NCBI GenBank assembly: GCA_902569095.1
Contig: CACFSX010000003.1
Span: 9,533 to 73,532 of the forward strand
DNA from: an uncultured Alphaproteobacteria bacterium
GTDB taxonomy: Bacteria > Pseudomonadota > Alphaproteobacteria > Methylaequorales > Methylaequoraceae
Length of the DNA: 64,000 nucleotides
Direction of reading: 5' to 3'
How positions within the stretch are numbered: the stretch's first letter is position 1; each line of letters opens with the position of its first letter. Positions 39,656-49,060 of the stretch are shown piece after piece. A program made the translations under genes and the position numbers. Under the pieces are notes generated by a model. That model made no database searches. It had not been told where the DNA came from and saw nothing but the letters and a program-made list of their open reading frames with translations.

Positions 39656-40359
39656 TTTCGCAGGCAATGATATTTTCAGCTGGATTGGGGAAGAGGATGT
39701 TACCACTAACAGAGACCACACCCAAGCCACTTGTAAAAATTAATAATAAAAGTCTTCTAAAAAATATAATTGAAAAATTAATTGAATCCAAATTCAGGAA
39801 TATTGTTGTGAATGCTTACCGTCATCCAGAAAAAATAATAAACGAAACAAGAGATTTTGATTCAGTTAAAGTAATTGTCGAACCTGATAGACTCGAGACA
39901 GGAGGGGGCTTGTTAAATGCAATTAATGAAAATTATTTTTTAAAGAATACGCCTATCGTCCTCATAAATGGAGATATTTTTTGGTATGATAAAAATTATA
40001 GATCAATTGATAAAATTATTAGTTTATGGAACCCATATAAAATGGATATGCTATTGTGTTTAAAAAAAAAAGAAGATTTTTTTGGTTACAACGGTAATGG
40101 TGATTTTGATCTTGAAAGGCATAATTCCTCATCCTGTAAGTTAGAAAAAAATCAAAATCCTATGTATGCGTATACTGGACTTCAAATAATCAAACAGGAT
40201 GTCGTTAAGAATATAAAAAAAAATTACTTTTCCTTAAGGGAACAGATCTTAAAATCTTTAGATAAAGGTAGACTATTTGGCTATGTAGATAAAAATCAAT
40301 GGTTTCATATTGGAACTGTGAAAGATCTTAAAAAATTCAAGGAAAGTTATTGTGAATAA
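39652..40359 (+). CDS. murU: MurNAc-1-P uridylyltransferase / nucleotidyltransferase
   Basis: AGLGKRMLPLTETTPKPL, LETGGG, NGD, WFHIGT. Confidence 0.85.
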   Translation: MISQAMIFSAGLGKRMLPLTETTPKPLVKINNKSLLKNIIEKLIESKFRNIVVNAYRHPEKIINETRDFDSVKVIVEPDRLETGGGLLNAINENYFLKNTPIVLINGDIFWYDKNYRSIDKIISLWNPYKMDMLLCLKKKEDFFGYNGNGDFDLERHNSSSCKLEKNQNPMYAYTGLQIIKQDVVKNIKKNYFSLREQILKSLDKGRLFGYVDKNQWFHIGTVKDLKKFKESYCE

Positions 40360-41827
40360 TTTTATAGTTTATGATTTTGAAACTTCTGGGAGAAGCTCAA
40401 GATTTGACCAAATACTTCAAGCGGGAATAATTATTTATGATCAAAATCTAAAAGCTATTAAAAAATTAAATTTAAAATCGCGCATTAATCCAGATATTGT
40501 TCCTTCAATTAATGCATTGAGAGTTAATAAATTAAAGATTTCAGATATTCTTTCAGAGAAAATGAGTAACTACGAAATGACAATGGAAATGCATAAATTT
40601 TTATCAAAATTTAATGATTCTTTTTTCGTTGGGTATAACTCCATAAATTTTGATGAAGAATTTTTTAGACAAACACTTTGGGAACACTTTATTTTTCCTT
40701 ACTTAACAAATTCAAAAGGGAACTCGAGGCTTGACGTCCTTAATTTTGTTACACTAGTTCATGCTTTTAGAAAAAATACTTTAAATGTAGAAGAAAGTGA
40801 TGAAGGTAAGATAACATTCAGGTTGGAGAGTTTGGCAAAAGCAAATTACTTTGAGTCAGAAAATGCACACGAAGCAATTGCAGACGTTGAAACAACAATG
40901 AAACTTCTAGAAATGCTGTTAAAAAAAAATTACGACCTCTTCAAAATATTTATTAGCAACTCTTATCCTGGAAAATTAGAAAACAAAATTATTGACCAAA
41001 ATATTTTCACTATGCACAACTACATTTTTAACAAGCATAGAGTTTATCTAGTAAAAAATCTTTTAAAACATCCAGTTTACAAAAATCAAATGATTGGATT
41101 TGATCTTAAGTATGATACCTCAGAAATTGTTAATTATGGAATCGATGAACTTGGAGAAATATATAGATCAAAATCTTTTTTTAGAAAAATTAAACTTAAT
41201 AAACAGCCATCTATTTTGGATAAATCTTTTGCAAGAAATCTTAGTCCTTACAGTGAATTAACAGATGATGAAATAAATTTAAAATGTATGCAGCTACAGA
41301 AAAAAGAATTTCTCCTCAATCTCAACAAAATTTTGGAAAAAGAATCAATGGATTATAACGAAAATCAATCTCAGGAGATAAAATTAGAAGAAGAGACAAT
41401 TTATTCTCAAAAAATCAATTACAATGATTCAAGAATTATGAACAGGTTTCATGAGGAGGAATGGGACCAGAAGTGGAGTTTTGCTGAAAAATTTAAAGAT
41501 CAGCGGTTAAGATTTTTTGCAGCGCGTCATATTTATAGAAATTATCCGGAGGAACTTCCTAGAAAAATTTTTAAATTGCTTCATAAAAAAATTTCAGAAA
41601 GAATTTGTTCTTTAGAGAAAAAGAAATTTATAACAATTCCAGCTGCTATGGAGGAGGCAGATTCATTATCCTTAGAAATTGAAGAAAATGATTTAGGAAA
41701 TGATTTAAAAGAACAAATAGATCAGTATAATATTTACATTAACTTTTTAAATGATTACTATAAAAACCCCAATGCGCATCCAATTCAATTTGATAAGAAT
41801 TTATCAAAAAAACTTTTTGAAAATTAA
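40352..41827 (+). CDS. sbcB: Exodeoxyribonuclease I (DEDDh)
   Basis: YDFETSG, DQILQ, GYNSINFDEEF, FRLESLAKAN, AHEAIADV; about 490 aa, similar in size to E. coli ExoI. Confidence 0.85.
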   Translation: MNNFIVYDFETSGRSSRFDQILQAGIIIYDQNLKAIKKLNLKSRINPDIVPSINALRVNKLKISDILSEKMSNYEMTMEMHKFLSKFNDSFFVGYNSINFDEEFFRQTLWEHFIFPYLTNSKGNSRLDVLNFVTLVHAFRKNTLNVEESDEGKITFRLESLAKANYFESENAHEAIADVETTMKLLEMLLKKNYDLFKIFISNSYPGKLENKIIDQNIFTMHNYIFNKHRVYLVKNLLKHPVYKNQMIGFDLKYDTSEIVNYGIDELGEIYRSKSFFRKIKLNKQPSILDKSFARNLSPYSELTDDEINLKCMQLQKKEFLLNLNKILEKESMDYNENQSQEIKLEEETIYSQKINYNDSRIMNRFHEEEWDQKWSFAEKFKDQRLRFFAARHIYRNYPEELPRKIFKLLHKKISERICSLEKKKFITIPAAMEEADSLSLEIEENDLGNDLKEQIDQYNIYINFLNDYYKNPNAHPIQFDKNLSKKLFEN

Positions 41828-41839
41828 TGGAGTATAAAA

Positions 41840-42163
41840 ATGACAACAATTAAAAATTGCAATGAAAATGATTTTGAAAATGAAGTTCTCAAATCAAATC
41901 TCCCGGTAATAGTGGATTTCTGGGCAGAATGGTGTGGTCCATGTAAAATGCTAACGCCAATATTAGAGGAACTTTCAGATGAAATGATAAAGGAGATTAG
42001 TATTGTAAAAGTTAACCTAGACGAAAACCAAGACTTAGCTATGAAATACTCTATAAGAAGTATACCAACATTGCTGTTATTTAAAGATGGCAATTTACTT
42101 GATACAAAAGTAGGTCTTTTACCAAAAAATGAGATAGTAGCTTGGTTCAAATCAAAAATTTAG
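41840..42163 (+). CDS. trxA: Thioredoxin
   Basis: VDFWAEWCGPCK, IRSIPTL. Confidence 0.97.
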   Translation: MTTIKNCNENDFENEVLKSNLPVIVDFWAEWCGPCKMLTPILEELSDEMIKEISIVKVNLDENQDLAMKYSIRSIPTLLLFKDGNLLDTKVGLLPKNEIVAWFKSKI

Positions 42164-43467
42164 TTAATCTTGAAACCATCTTGTTTTAGAACCTCTCCAG
42201 CTAAATATAATGAACCACATATAACTAACTTTCCGCTAGCATAAGTTTCCTTTATTGTTTTTAGAACTTCTTTTATATCTAATGAACATTCAATGCTAAT
42301 TTTTGAATTGATCTCATTTTTTATAATGTTTTTCATTTCATATGGCTTTATATATTGATGGTCTGGTATTGGTAAAAGAAAGATTGCTGAAAGATTTTGA
42401 ATTAATTTTTTTATAAATGAATTTGGGTCTTTTCCAACCATCATGCCTATTACTAAAAAAACATTTTCTTCTTTCCACTTGTCAATTATTTTTTTAAGTA
42501 TATTAGATGCTTCCAGGTTATGACCTCCATCTAGCCAGATATCAAATTTTTTCCCCATATATGAGGATAAATTACCATTTTTAAGATTTTGCATTCTTGC
42601 TGGCCATTTTGCTGACACAATTCCTGCATTAATATTTTTATTTAAAATATCTTTTCTTCCAAGTGATAATACCGTTGCTACAGCTGTTGAAGCGTTATCT
42701 ATCTGATGTTCACCAAAAAGTTCAGGAAAATTAAAATTATAATTTGCCTTTTCAAAAAACATACTAAAGTTTTTCTTTATAAAATCTTTTTCTCTAATTT
42801 TCCAATTTGACCCTTCTTCTAATAGCTCGATCTTCATTCTTTTTGCTTCAACTCTTGCTAATTTCCTAACGACTGAATGTTGCTTTGATAGGACTATCTT
42901 TTTTGAATTTTTTAAAATTCCTAATTTTTCTTTAGCAATTTTTTCAATTGTTGACCCAAGAAAATTCATATGATCCATTGAAATTGGAGTGATGACACTG
43001 CAGAGTTTATTTTCAACAACATTGGTAGCATCAAATCTTCCACCTAGTCCAGTTTCCAGTAGAATAATATCAGATTCAATTCTACTGAACGCCAAAAGTG
43101 CAGCAGCGGTTGTAATTTCAAAAAAAGTAATCTCTTCTCCTTTATTATAAAATTCACATTCCTCTAAAAGTGTGCTTAGGTGATAGTTACTTATTAGTTT
43201 AGAATTTAACCTTATTCTTTCGTTGAAATTTATTAGATGAGGTGATGTGTATGTATGAACTTTGTAATTTGAAAACTCAAATATTGACCTTAAAAAAGAA
43301 GTTACGGAACCTTTACCATTGGTTCCAGCAACATGAATTACATGAGATAATTTCAGATGAGGATTGTCTAATTTATTAAGCAATTTAGTTAGACGTTTAA
43401 GAGATAAATCAATCTTTTTTGGATGTAAAAGTTCAAGTCTCTTTAAAATTTTTGCAGATTTGTCCAC
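42160..43467 (-). CDS. folC: Folylpolyglutamate/dihydrofolate synthase
   Basis: HVAGTNGKGS, TSPHL, ETGLGGRFDATN, LDGGHN. Confidence 0.96.
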   Translation of the reverse strand: MDKSAKILKRLELLHPKKIDLSLKRLTKLLNKLDNPHLKLSHVIHVAGTNGKGSVTSFLRSIFEFSNYKVHTYTSPHLINFNERIRLNSKLISNYHLSTLLEECEFYNKGEEITFFEITTAAALLAFSRIESDIILLETGLGGRFDATNVVENKLCSVITPISMDHMNFLGSTIEKIAKEKLGILKNSKKIVLSKQHSVVRKLARVEAKRMKIELLEEGSNWKIREKDFIKKNFSMFFEKANYNFNFPELFGEHQIDNASTAVATVLSLGRKDILNKNINAGIVSAKWPARMQNLKNGNLSSYMGKKFDIWLDGGHNLEASNILKKIIDKWKEENVFLVIGMMVGKDPNSFIKKLIQNLSAIFLLPIPDHQYIKPYEMKNIIKNEINSKISIECSLDIKEVLKTIKETYASGKLVICGSLYLAGEVLKQDGFKIN

Positions 43468-43474
43468 TTTTAAA

Positions 43475-44317
43475 TCAAGCTACAAGGAAATCCAATAAAT
43501 CTTCAATTTTTTTCTTAAGTTCTTTTCTGTGAACAACAAGATCGATCATGCCCTTTTCCATAAGATACTCTGATTTTTGAAAGTTTTGTGGTAATTTTTC
43601 TTTAATTGTGTCCTCAATAACCCTGCTTCCTGCAAAACCAATAGTAGCATCCTTTTCAGCAATTATTATATCACCAAGCATTGCAAATGATGCTGAAACA
43701 CCTCCGGTTGTCGGATCGGTAAGAACAGAAATAAAAGGTAAATTTAGCTTTCCGAATGAATTAATAGCTATAACAGTTCTTGGCATTTGCATTAAAGATA
43801 AAATTCCTTCCTGCATCCGTGCGCCACCTGATGAGCTAAATATAATTAACGGTAAGTTATTTTTTTTTGCAAAATCACACGCAGTTATTATTGCTTCACC
43901 AGCAGCCATACCCATTGAACCGCCCATAAAATTAAAATCAAAAATTGCTGTTACAATTTTTTTTCCATTAATAGTTCCTGATGCTACAATAACGGAATCA
44001 TTAGTTTGGTTTTTCTTTTGAGCGTTTTTTAATCTTTCTGTATATTTTTTACTATCCTTAAAGTTAAGTGGATCTGGTTTGATTTTAGGTGTATCCATAA
44101 TCATATAACTTTTTCCTAAGAATAATTCTAACCTTTCTTTTGAACTAATTCTAAAATGATGATCACAATGTTTACAAACATATTGATTAGATATAAGTTC
44201 TTTTCTCAATAACATTTGGGAGCATTTTGGACATGTTTCCCATAAATTGTCGGGAACTTCTTTTTTCCCAACGAAGGCTTGAAGTTTCGGCCTTACAAAA
44301 TTAGTTATCCAGTTCAT
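43475..44317 (-). CDS. accD: Acetyl-CoA carboxylase carboxyltransferase beta
   Basis: N-terminal zinc finger, FMGGSMG, SGGARMQEG, PTTGGVSAS. Confidence 0.97.
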   Translation of the reverse strand: MNWITNFVRPKLQAFVGKKEVPDNLWETCPKCSQMLLRKELISNQYVCKHCDHHFRISSKERLELFLGKSYMIMDTPKIKPDPLNFKDSKKYTERLKNAQKKNQTNDSVIVASGTINGKKIVTAIFDFNFMGGSMGMAAGEAIITACDFAKKNNLPLIIFSSSGGARMQEGILSLMQMPRTVIAINSFGKLNLPFISVLTDPTTGGVSASFAMLGDIIIAEKDATIGFAGSRVIEDTIKEKLPQNFQKSEYLMEKGMIDLVVHRKELKKKIEDLLDFLVA

Positions 44318-44332
44318 ATAAATAATTTACCA

Positions 44333-45136
44333 TTATTTTTTTAAATTTGCTAAGAAATCGGATATGTTCTTCAACATCTGATTTTCGGAATATTTTCCTT
44401 TATCATAATCCTCAATAAAGCTTACTATGGCTGATCCAACTACACATCCATCTGAGAATTTATTCAAGCTTTGTATTTGATTTTTGTTCTTTATACCAAA
44501 TCCAACACATATGGGTAATTTTGAAATTTTTCTGATTTTGTTCACTGATTTTTTAACTTCAATTATAGACGGTTTTTTTGTTCCTGTGATGCCCATAACT
44601 GAAACATAGTATAAAAAACCGCTCGTTTGCTGGAGAATTTTATTTAATCTTTCCTTATGTGTTGTGGGTGTTAGTAATCTAATATTATGAACATTATATT
44701 TTTTCGTATAATTGTTTATATAATGGTCTTCTTCAGGTGGTAAATCGACAATTATCAAACCATCTATTCCAACTTTGCTACATTTTAAAAAAAAATCTTT
44801 TAGACCATATTGGAAAATTGGATTGAAATATCCCATCAGAACAATTGGGATATCTTCTTCATTTTTTCTGAAATTCTTCACTAACTCGAAAGTACTGTCA
44901 ATGTTAGCACCAGCTTTAATTGCTCTTTGACTTGACTTTTGGATGGTAGGTCCGTCAGCCATAGGATCAGAGAATGGAAAGCCTATTTCAATTAGATCAA
45001 TTTTTTGATTCCTAAGAACATTTAATATTTTTTTTGAAATTTTTTGATTTGGATCACCTGATGTGACAAATGCAACAAGAGCTTTTCCATTAATTTTTTT
45101 TAAAGCTAAAAACTTATTATCTATCCTATTTTGCAT
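44333..45136 (-). CDS. trpA: Tryptophan synthase alpha
   Basis: EIGFPFSDPMADGPTIQ, MGYFNP, GITG, VGFGI. Confidence 0.97.
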   Translation of the reverse strand: MQNRIDNKFLALKKINGKALVAFVTSGDPNQKISKKILNVLRNQKIDLIEIGFPFSDPMADGPTIQKSSQRAIKAGANIDSTFELVKNFRKNEEDIPIVLMGYFNPIFQYGLKDFFLKCSKVGIDGLIIVDLPPEEDHYINNYTKKYNVHNIRLLTPTTHKERLNKILQQTSGFLYYVSVMGITGTKKPSIIEVKKSVNKIRKISKLPICVGFGIKNKNQIQSLNKFSDGCVVGSAIVSFIEDYDKGKYSENQMLKNISDFLANLKK

Positions 45137-45143
45137 TTAAATC

Positions 45144-46361
45144 CTAAATTTTTACTCCTAAGCTATCTGAGATTGAAAAAATATCCTTATCTCCTCTACC
45201 ACACATATTCATTATAATAATTTGATTTTTCTTAAATTTTTGAGCATTTTTTAGAAGGTATGCCAAAGCATGAGATGGTTCAAGAGCAGGGATTATACCT
45301 TCTAATTTTGAACAAATTTTAAATGCATTTAGTGCCTCTTTGTCTGTTGCACTAAAATAATTTACCCTTCCTGTTTCCTTAAGCCATGAATGTTCGGGTC
45401 CAATACCAGGATAATCCAACCCTGCAGATATTGAATGTGCATCATTAATTTGTCCTTCTTCGTTTTGAAGTAAATATGTATAATTACCATGCAAAAACCC
45501 TGGTTTCCCTCTTGATAAAGAAGCTGCATGCATGTTAGAATTTATCCCTTTTCCTCCTGCTTCAATTCCTATAATTTCAACATTTTTGTTGTTAAGAAAT
45601 GGGTAAAAAAGACCAAGAGCATTTGACCCTCCTCCAATACAAGCTAGTAATAAATCAGGAAGTTTTTTTTCAATTTTAAGGATTTGTTTCTTTGCTTCAA
45701 TTCCAATTATTGATTGGAAATCTCTTACCATCATCGGATATGGATGTGGTCCTGCAACGGTTCCTATAACATAAAATGTGTCTTTCACATTGGATACCCA
45801 ATCTCGCAACGCTTCATTCATGGCGTCTTTTAGAGTAGATGTTCCTGATTTTACCGGAATAATCTCAGCTCCAAGCAATTTCATTTTAAAAACATTCGGT
45901 GCTTGCCTTTCTATGTCTAAAGCACCCATATATACAACACATTTTAAGTTAAAAAGAGCACAAACTGTTGCCGTTGCAAGCCCATGTTGTCCAGCACCAG
46001 TCTCTGCTACAATTCTTTTTTTTCCCATTTTTTTGGCCAAGAGTATCTGTCCTACACAATTATTAATTTTGTGAGCACCAGTATGATTTAGTTCATCCCT
46101 TTTAAAATATACTTTTACATCTCCAATCTCTTTTGAAATTCTTTTCGCATGATAGAGTGGACTGGGTCTTCCTATGTAATTTTCAAAATAATAGTTAAGT
46201 TCGCTTTTGAACTCTTTTGATTTTTTTACTTCTTTATATTTTTTTTCAACATCAAGTAGAAGGGGCATGAGTGTTTCCGCGACGAACCTTCCTCCAAATT
46301 TTCCAAATCTACCGTGTTTATCAGGAAATTTATAATAGTTAATTTTATCTTTTTTTTTCAT
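45144..46361 (-). CDS. trpB: Tryptophan synthase beta
   Basis: [36 protein letters not shown]. Confidence 0.98.
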   Translation of the reverse strand: MKKKDKINYYKFPDKHGRFGKFGGRFVAETLMPLLLDVEKKYKEVKKSKEFKSELNYYFENYIGRPSPLYHAKRISKEIGDVKVYFKRDELNHTGAHKINNCVGQILLAKKMGKKRIVAETGAGQHGLATATVCALFNLKCVVYMGALDIERQAPNVFKMKLLGAEIIPVKSGTSTLKDAMNEALRDWVSNVKDTFYVIGTVAGPHPYPMMVRDFQSIIGIEAKKQILKIEKKLPDLLLACIGGGSNALGLFYPFLNNKNVEIIGIEAGGKGINSNMHAASLSRGKPGFLHGNYTYLLQNEEGQINDAHSISAGLDYPGIGPEHSWLKETGRVNYFSATDKEALNAFKICSKLEGIIPALEPSHALAYLLKNAQKFKKNQIIIMNMCGRGDKDIFSISDSLGVKI

Positions 46362-46983
46362 AATCTTTTACACACCTAATGAAACTTTTGATTTTTTTTT
46401 GACATTTTTCTCCTTTTGACTTCTCTACTCCTGATGAAACATCAATAAACTTAGCGTTGGTAATCTTTAAAGCCCTAGAGATATTATTTTCGTTTAACCC
46501 CCCTGCTAGAATCCATTCTCCTCGTGGATCATATCCTTTTAGGAGTTCCCAATCAAATGAAATTCCTGTCCCTCCGCTAACTTCAGATTCACTTTTTGTA
46601 TCAAATAAGATCATATCGCATAATTTTTCAAATTTGCTAGCTTTTTTAATATCAGAATATTCTTTTATTGGTATTGCTTTTATGATCGGTTTTTTTAACT
46701 TCTTAATTTCATTTATATAAACTAAATCTTCATTTCCGTGAAGTTGAATAACATCTAAATTTAAAGTTTCAGAAATATGATTTACTAAATTTAAATCAGC
46801 ATCTACAAATAATCCAACAAGCTTTTGATTATCATTGATATAAGGTCTGAGTCTTTTTGCTTCTAGAGCATTAATAAATCTTGGAGATTTTTGATAGAAA
46901 ACAAACCCAATATAATTAGCATCTGAACCCGCTAAAATTGACTCTTTATCTCTTAGTCCACACAATTTAATTTTAATCTTCAT
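46345..46983 (-). CDS. trpF: Phosphoribosylanthranilate isomerase
   Basis: KLCGL, SPR, QLHGNE, GGTG..FDW, LAGGL, DVSSGVE. Confidence 0.95.
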   Translation of the reverse strand: MKIKIKLCGLRDKESILAGSDANYIGFVFYQKSPRFINALEAKRLRPYINDNQKLVGLFVDADLNLVNHISETLNLDVIQLHGNEDLVYINEIKKLKKPIIKAIPIKEYSDIKKASKFEKLCDMILFDTKSESEVSGGTGISFDWELLKGYDPRGEWILAGGLNENNISRALKITNAKFIDVSSGVEKSKGEKCQKKIKSFIRCVKDYEKKR

Positions 46984-47674
46984 AGTGTTTTTCTATATCC
47001 TCTAAAATTTTCTTTATTGAATTGATTGGGTTGGTCGATTGTGTAATTGATCTTCCAATTATTAACATATTAGAGCCATTTTTTATTGCCTGACCAGGAG
47101 AAATAATTCTTTTTTGATCATTTGCTTTGTGTTTAGATAGTCTTATACCAGGTGTAACAAAGATCATATTGGTTTTAGTTAATTTTTTTTTCAAGTGAGG
47201 TATTTCATGAGCTGAGGAAACCAAACCATCTATATCAGCTTTTTCACCAATTTTTGCTAAATTCTCTACAAAAGCTAAATTGCTTAAATTATAACCAAAG
47301 CTTTTTAAGTCTGATGTTTCTAAGCTAGTTAGCATTGAAATTCCTAAAATTTTAGTATTATTTTTAATCGAAACTACATCCTTGACCATTTTCAAGCCAC
47401 CAGTTAGATGGATAGATAAATAGTCAGGTTTCAAATTAATTAAATTCTGGGCCGATCTCTTTACTGTATTTGGAATATCTTTGAGTTTTAAATCCAAGAA
47501 AATTGGTACACCAAACTTTTTTATTTCAAGAAATCCCTTTGGCCCATTTTCAGAAAAAAATTCTAGACCAATTTTTATTCCTCCGATATGTTTTTGTATT
47601 TTTGATATAAATTTTTTTGATTGTTCTAAATCTGTAAAATCAATTGCACAAAAAATAAAATCCTTAAAATTCAT
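46973..47674 (-). CDS. pyrF: Orotidine 5'-phosphate decarboxylase
   Basis: KIGLE, FLDLKLKDIPNTV, VTPGIR, DQKR, IGRSIT. Confidence 0.95.
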   Translation of the reverse strand: MNFKDFIFCAIDFTDLEQSKKFISKIQKHIGGIKIGLEFFSENGPKGFLEIKKFGVPIFLDLKLKDIPNTVKRSAQNLINLKPDYLSIHLTGGLKMVKDVVSIKNNTKILGISMLTSLETSDLKSFGYNLSNLAFVENLAKIGEKADIDGLVSSAHEIPHLKKKLTKTNMIFVTPGIRLSKHKANDQKRIISPGQAIKNGSNMLIIGRSITQSTNPINSIKKILEDIEKHYED

Positions 47675-47678
47675 ACTT

Positions 47679-47899
47679 TTATCTTAATAGTTTTTTTAAA
47701 AAGGAAAAAATTATGCCTAATAAAAATCCTGAAAATATTAGTATTAAAACAAGAATGTACAAGGGTAGTTCCAAAAAAAAGGGGAACGGGAATAGATTTA
47801 TTTTTACTGAATATTTATTTCCAATAGCAAAAAGGGAAAAAAAAATTAAAAAAAAAAAAAGAAAATAAAACCAACTATTTTTTTAATTTTTGATGACAT
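47679..47899 (-). pseudogene. lapA: LapA/DUF1049 family membrane protein, frameshifted in A13 tract
   Basis: ATG 47899 gives MSSKIKKIVGFIFFFF..., then TAA at the end of the T13 run. The shifted frame reads LIFFSLFAIGNKYSVKINLFPFPFFLELPLYILVLILIFSGFLLG...*. Total 221 nt, one short of in-frame; usual position between ihfB and pyrF. Confidence 0.8.
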
Positions 47900-48170
47900 T
47901 TATTTCCTTCCTTAATTTTTTTCCAGGTATAAAATGTACAAAATTTTTCTTTTTAATTTCAATTTTTTCTCCTGATGAAGGATTTCGTCCTATTCTACTT
48001 TCACGGATTTTAGTTGAAAAAGTTCCAAAATCCCTAATTTCAATCCTTGCACCTTTAGCTAAATTTGAAGCGAAAAATTGTAGGATCTTTTCAAGTGTTC
48101 TTTCAACTTCTCTTCTAGGTAAATACTCGAATTTACTTTCAAGCTCTTTTAAAATATCTGATTTTTTCAT
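47883..48170 (-). CDS. ihfB: Integration host factor beta
   Basis: MKKSDIL, RIEIRDFGTFS, GRNPSSG, HFIPGK; ATG 48170 overlaps sppA stop. Confidence 0.9.
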   Translation of the reverse strand: MKKSDILKELESKFEYLPRREVERTLEKILQFFASNLAKGARIEIRDFGTFSTKIRESRIGRNPSSGEKIEIKKKNFVHFIPGKKLRKEINVIKN

Positions 48171-49060
48171 ATCCCAGGCATCCAAATAGCGACAAAACCA
48201 TTATAAAAGTTTTGATTTAAATAATTAATCTTTTTTTTTAAAAAACCTAGATTCAATACTTTAGTTATATCACTTTGAATTGATAAATCTTTGACTCTTA
48301 CATCATCATCCACCCCTGCTTCTTGCTTTAACCACAACATGGCGTCATTTTCAGTTCCTACAGCATCTATGAGCTTTAAATCTTTAGCTTGTTTACCTGT
48401 CACAATTCTTCCATCTGAAACTAAATCTATTGTGGAATTTGATATATCTCTACTTTTTTTAACTAAACTTAAAAATTCTAGTTGCATTTTTTGTATTACA
48501 TCTTGGAGGTAATTAAGTTTTTTTTCATCGATTTTTTCAACAGGATTAGGTACTGCTTTCAAATCACCACTTTTAATAATAACGGGGTTTATTCCTAATT
48601 TACTAAGAAATTGACTGATATCTGCTGTTTGAAGTATTACACCTACTGACCCTGTAATAGTCCCCTCATTCCCATAAATTCTGTCAGAACTAAGTGAAAC
48701 CAGATAACCACCTGACGTAGCCATTTCTCTCATGTAAGCAACTGTAGGTATTTTCTTGCTTAAGTTTTTAATTGACTCATGAATTTCTTTGCTACTGACA
48801 TATGTTCCTCCTGGACTATTGATAATAGTTATTAGTCCTTTAACATTTTGGTCATTATTTAAGTTTTCGAGTTGTTCAAGTATGTCATCTCTATCTTTTA
48901 TGATTCCTTCAACAGTAATTTTAGCGATGAAAATTTCTTTACTTTGAAATTGGAGTGAAACAGTTACTATTATCAGAATCGCAATAGCCGCAATTAATAA
49001 ACGTTTTACTAAGGATTTTCTTCGCGAATAAAATTGATCTAAAAAGTCATTTGGTTTCAT
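48167..49060 (-). CDS. sppA: Signal peptide peptidase SppA (36K type)
   Basis: INSPGG, ATSGGY, TGSVGV, KSGDLK, DGRIVTG; ATG 49060 preferred. Confidence 0.92.
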   Translation of the reverse strand: MKPNDFLDQFYSRRKSLVKRLLIAAIAILIIVTVSLQFQSKEIFIAKITVEGIIKDRDDILEQLENLNNDQNVKGLITIINSPGGTYVSSKEIHESIKNLSKKIPTVAYMREMATSGGYLVSLSSDRIYGNEGTITGSVGVILQTADISQFLSKLGINPVIIKSGDLKAVPNPVEKIDEKKLNYLQDVIQKMQLEFLSLVKKSRDISNSTIDLVSDGRIVTGKQAKDLKLIDAVGTENDAMLWLKQEAGVDDDVRVKDLSIQSDITKVLNLGFLKKKINYLNQNFYNGFVAIWMPGI

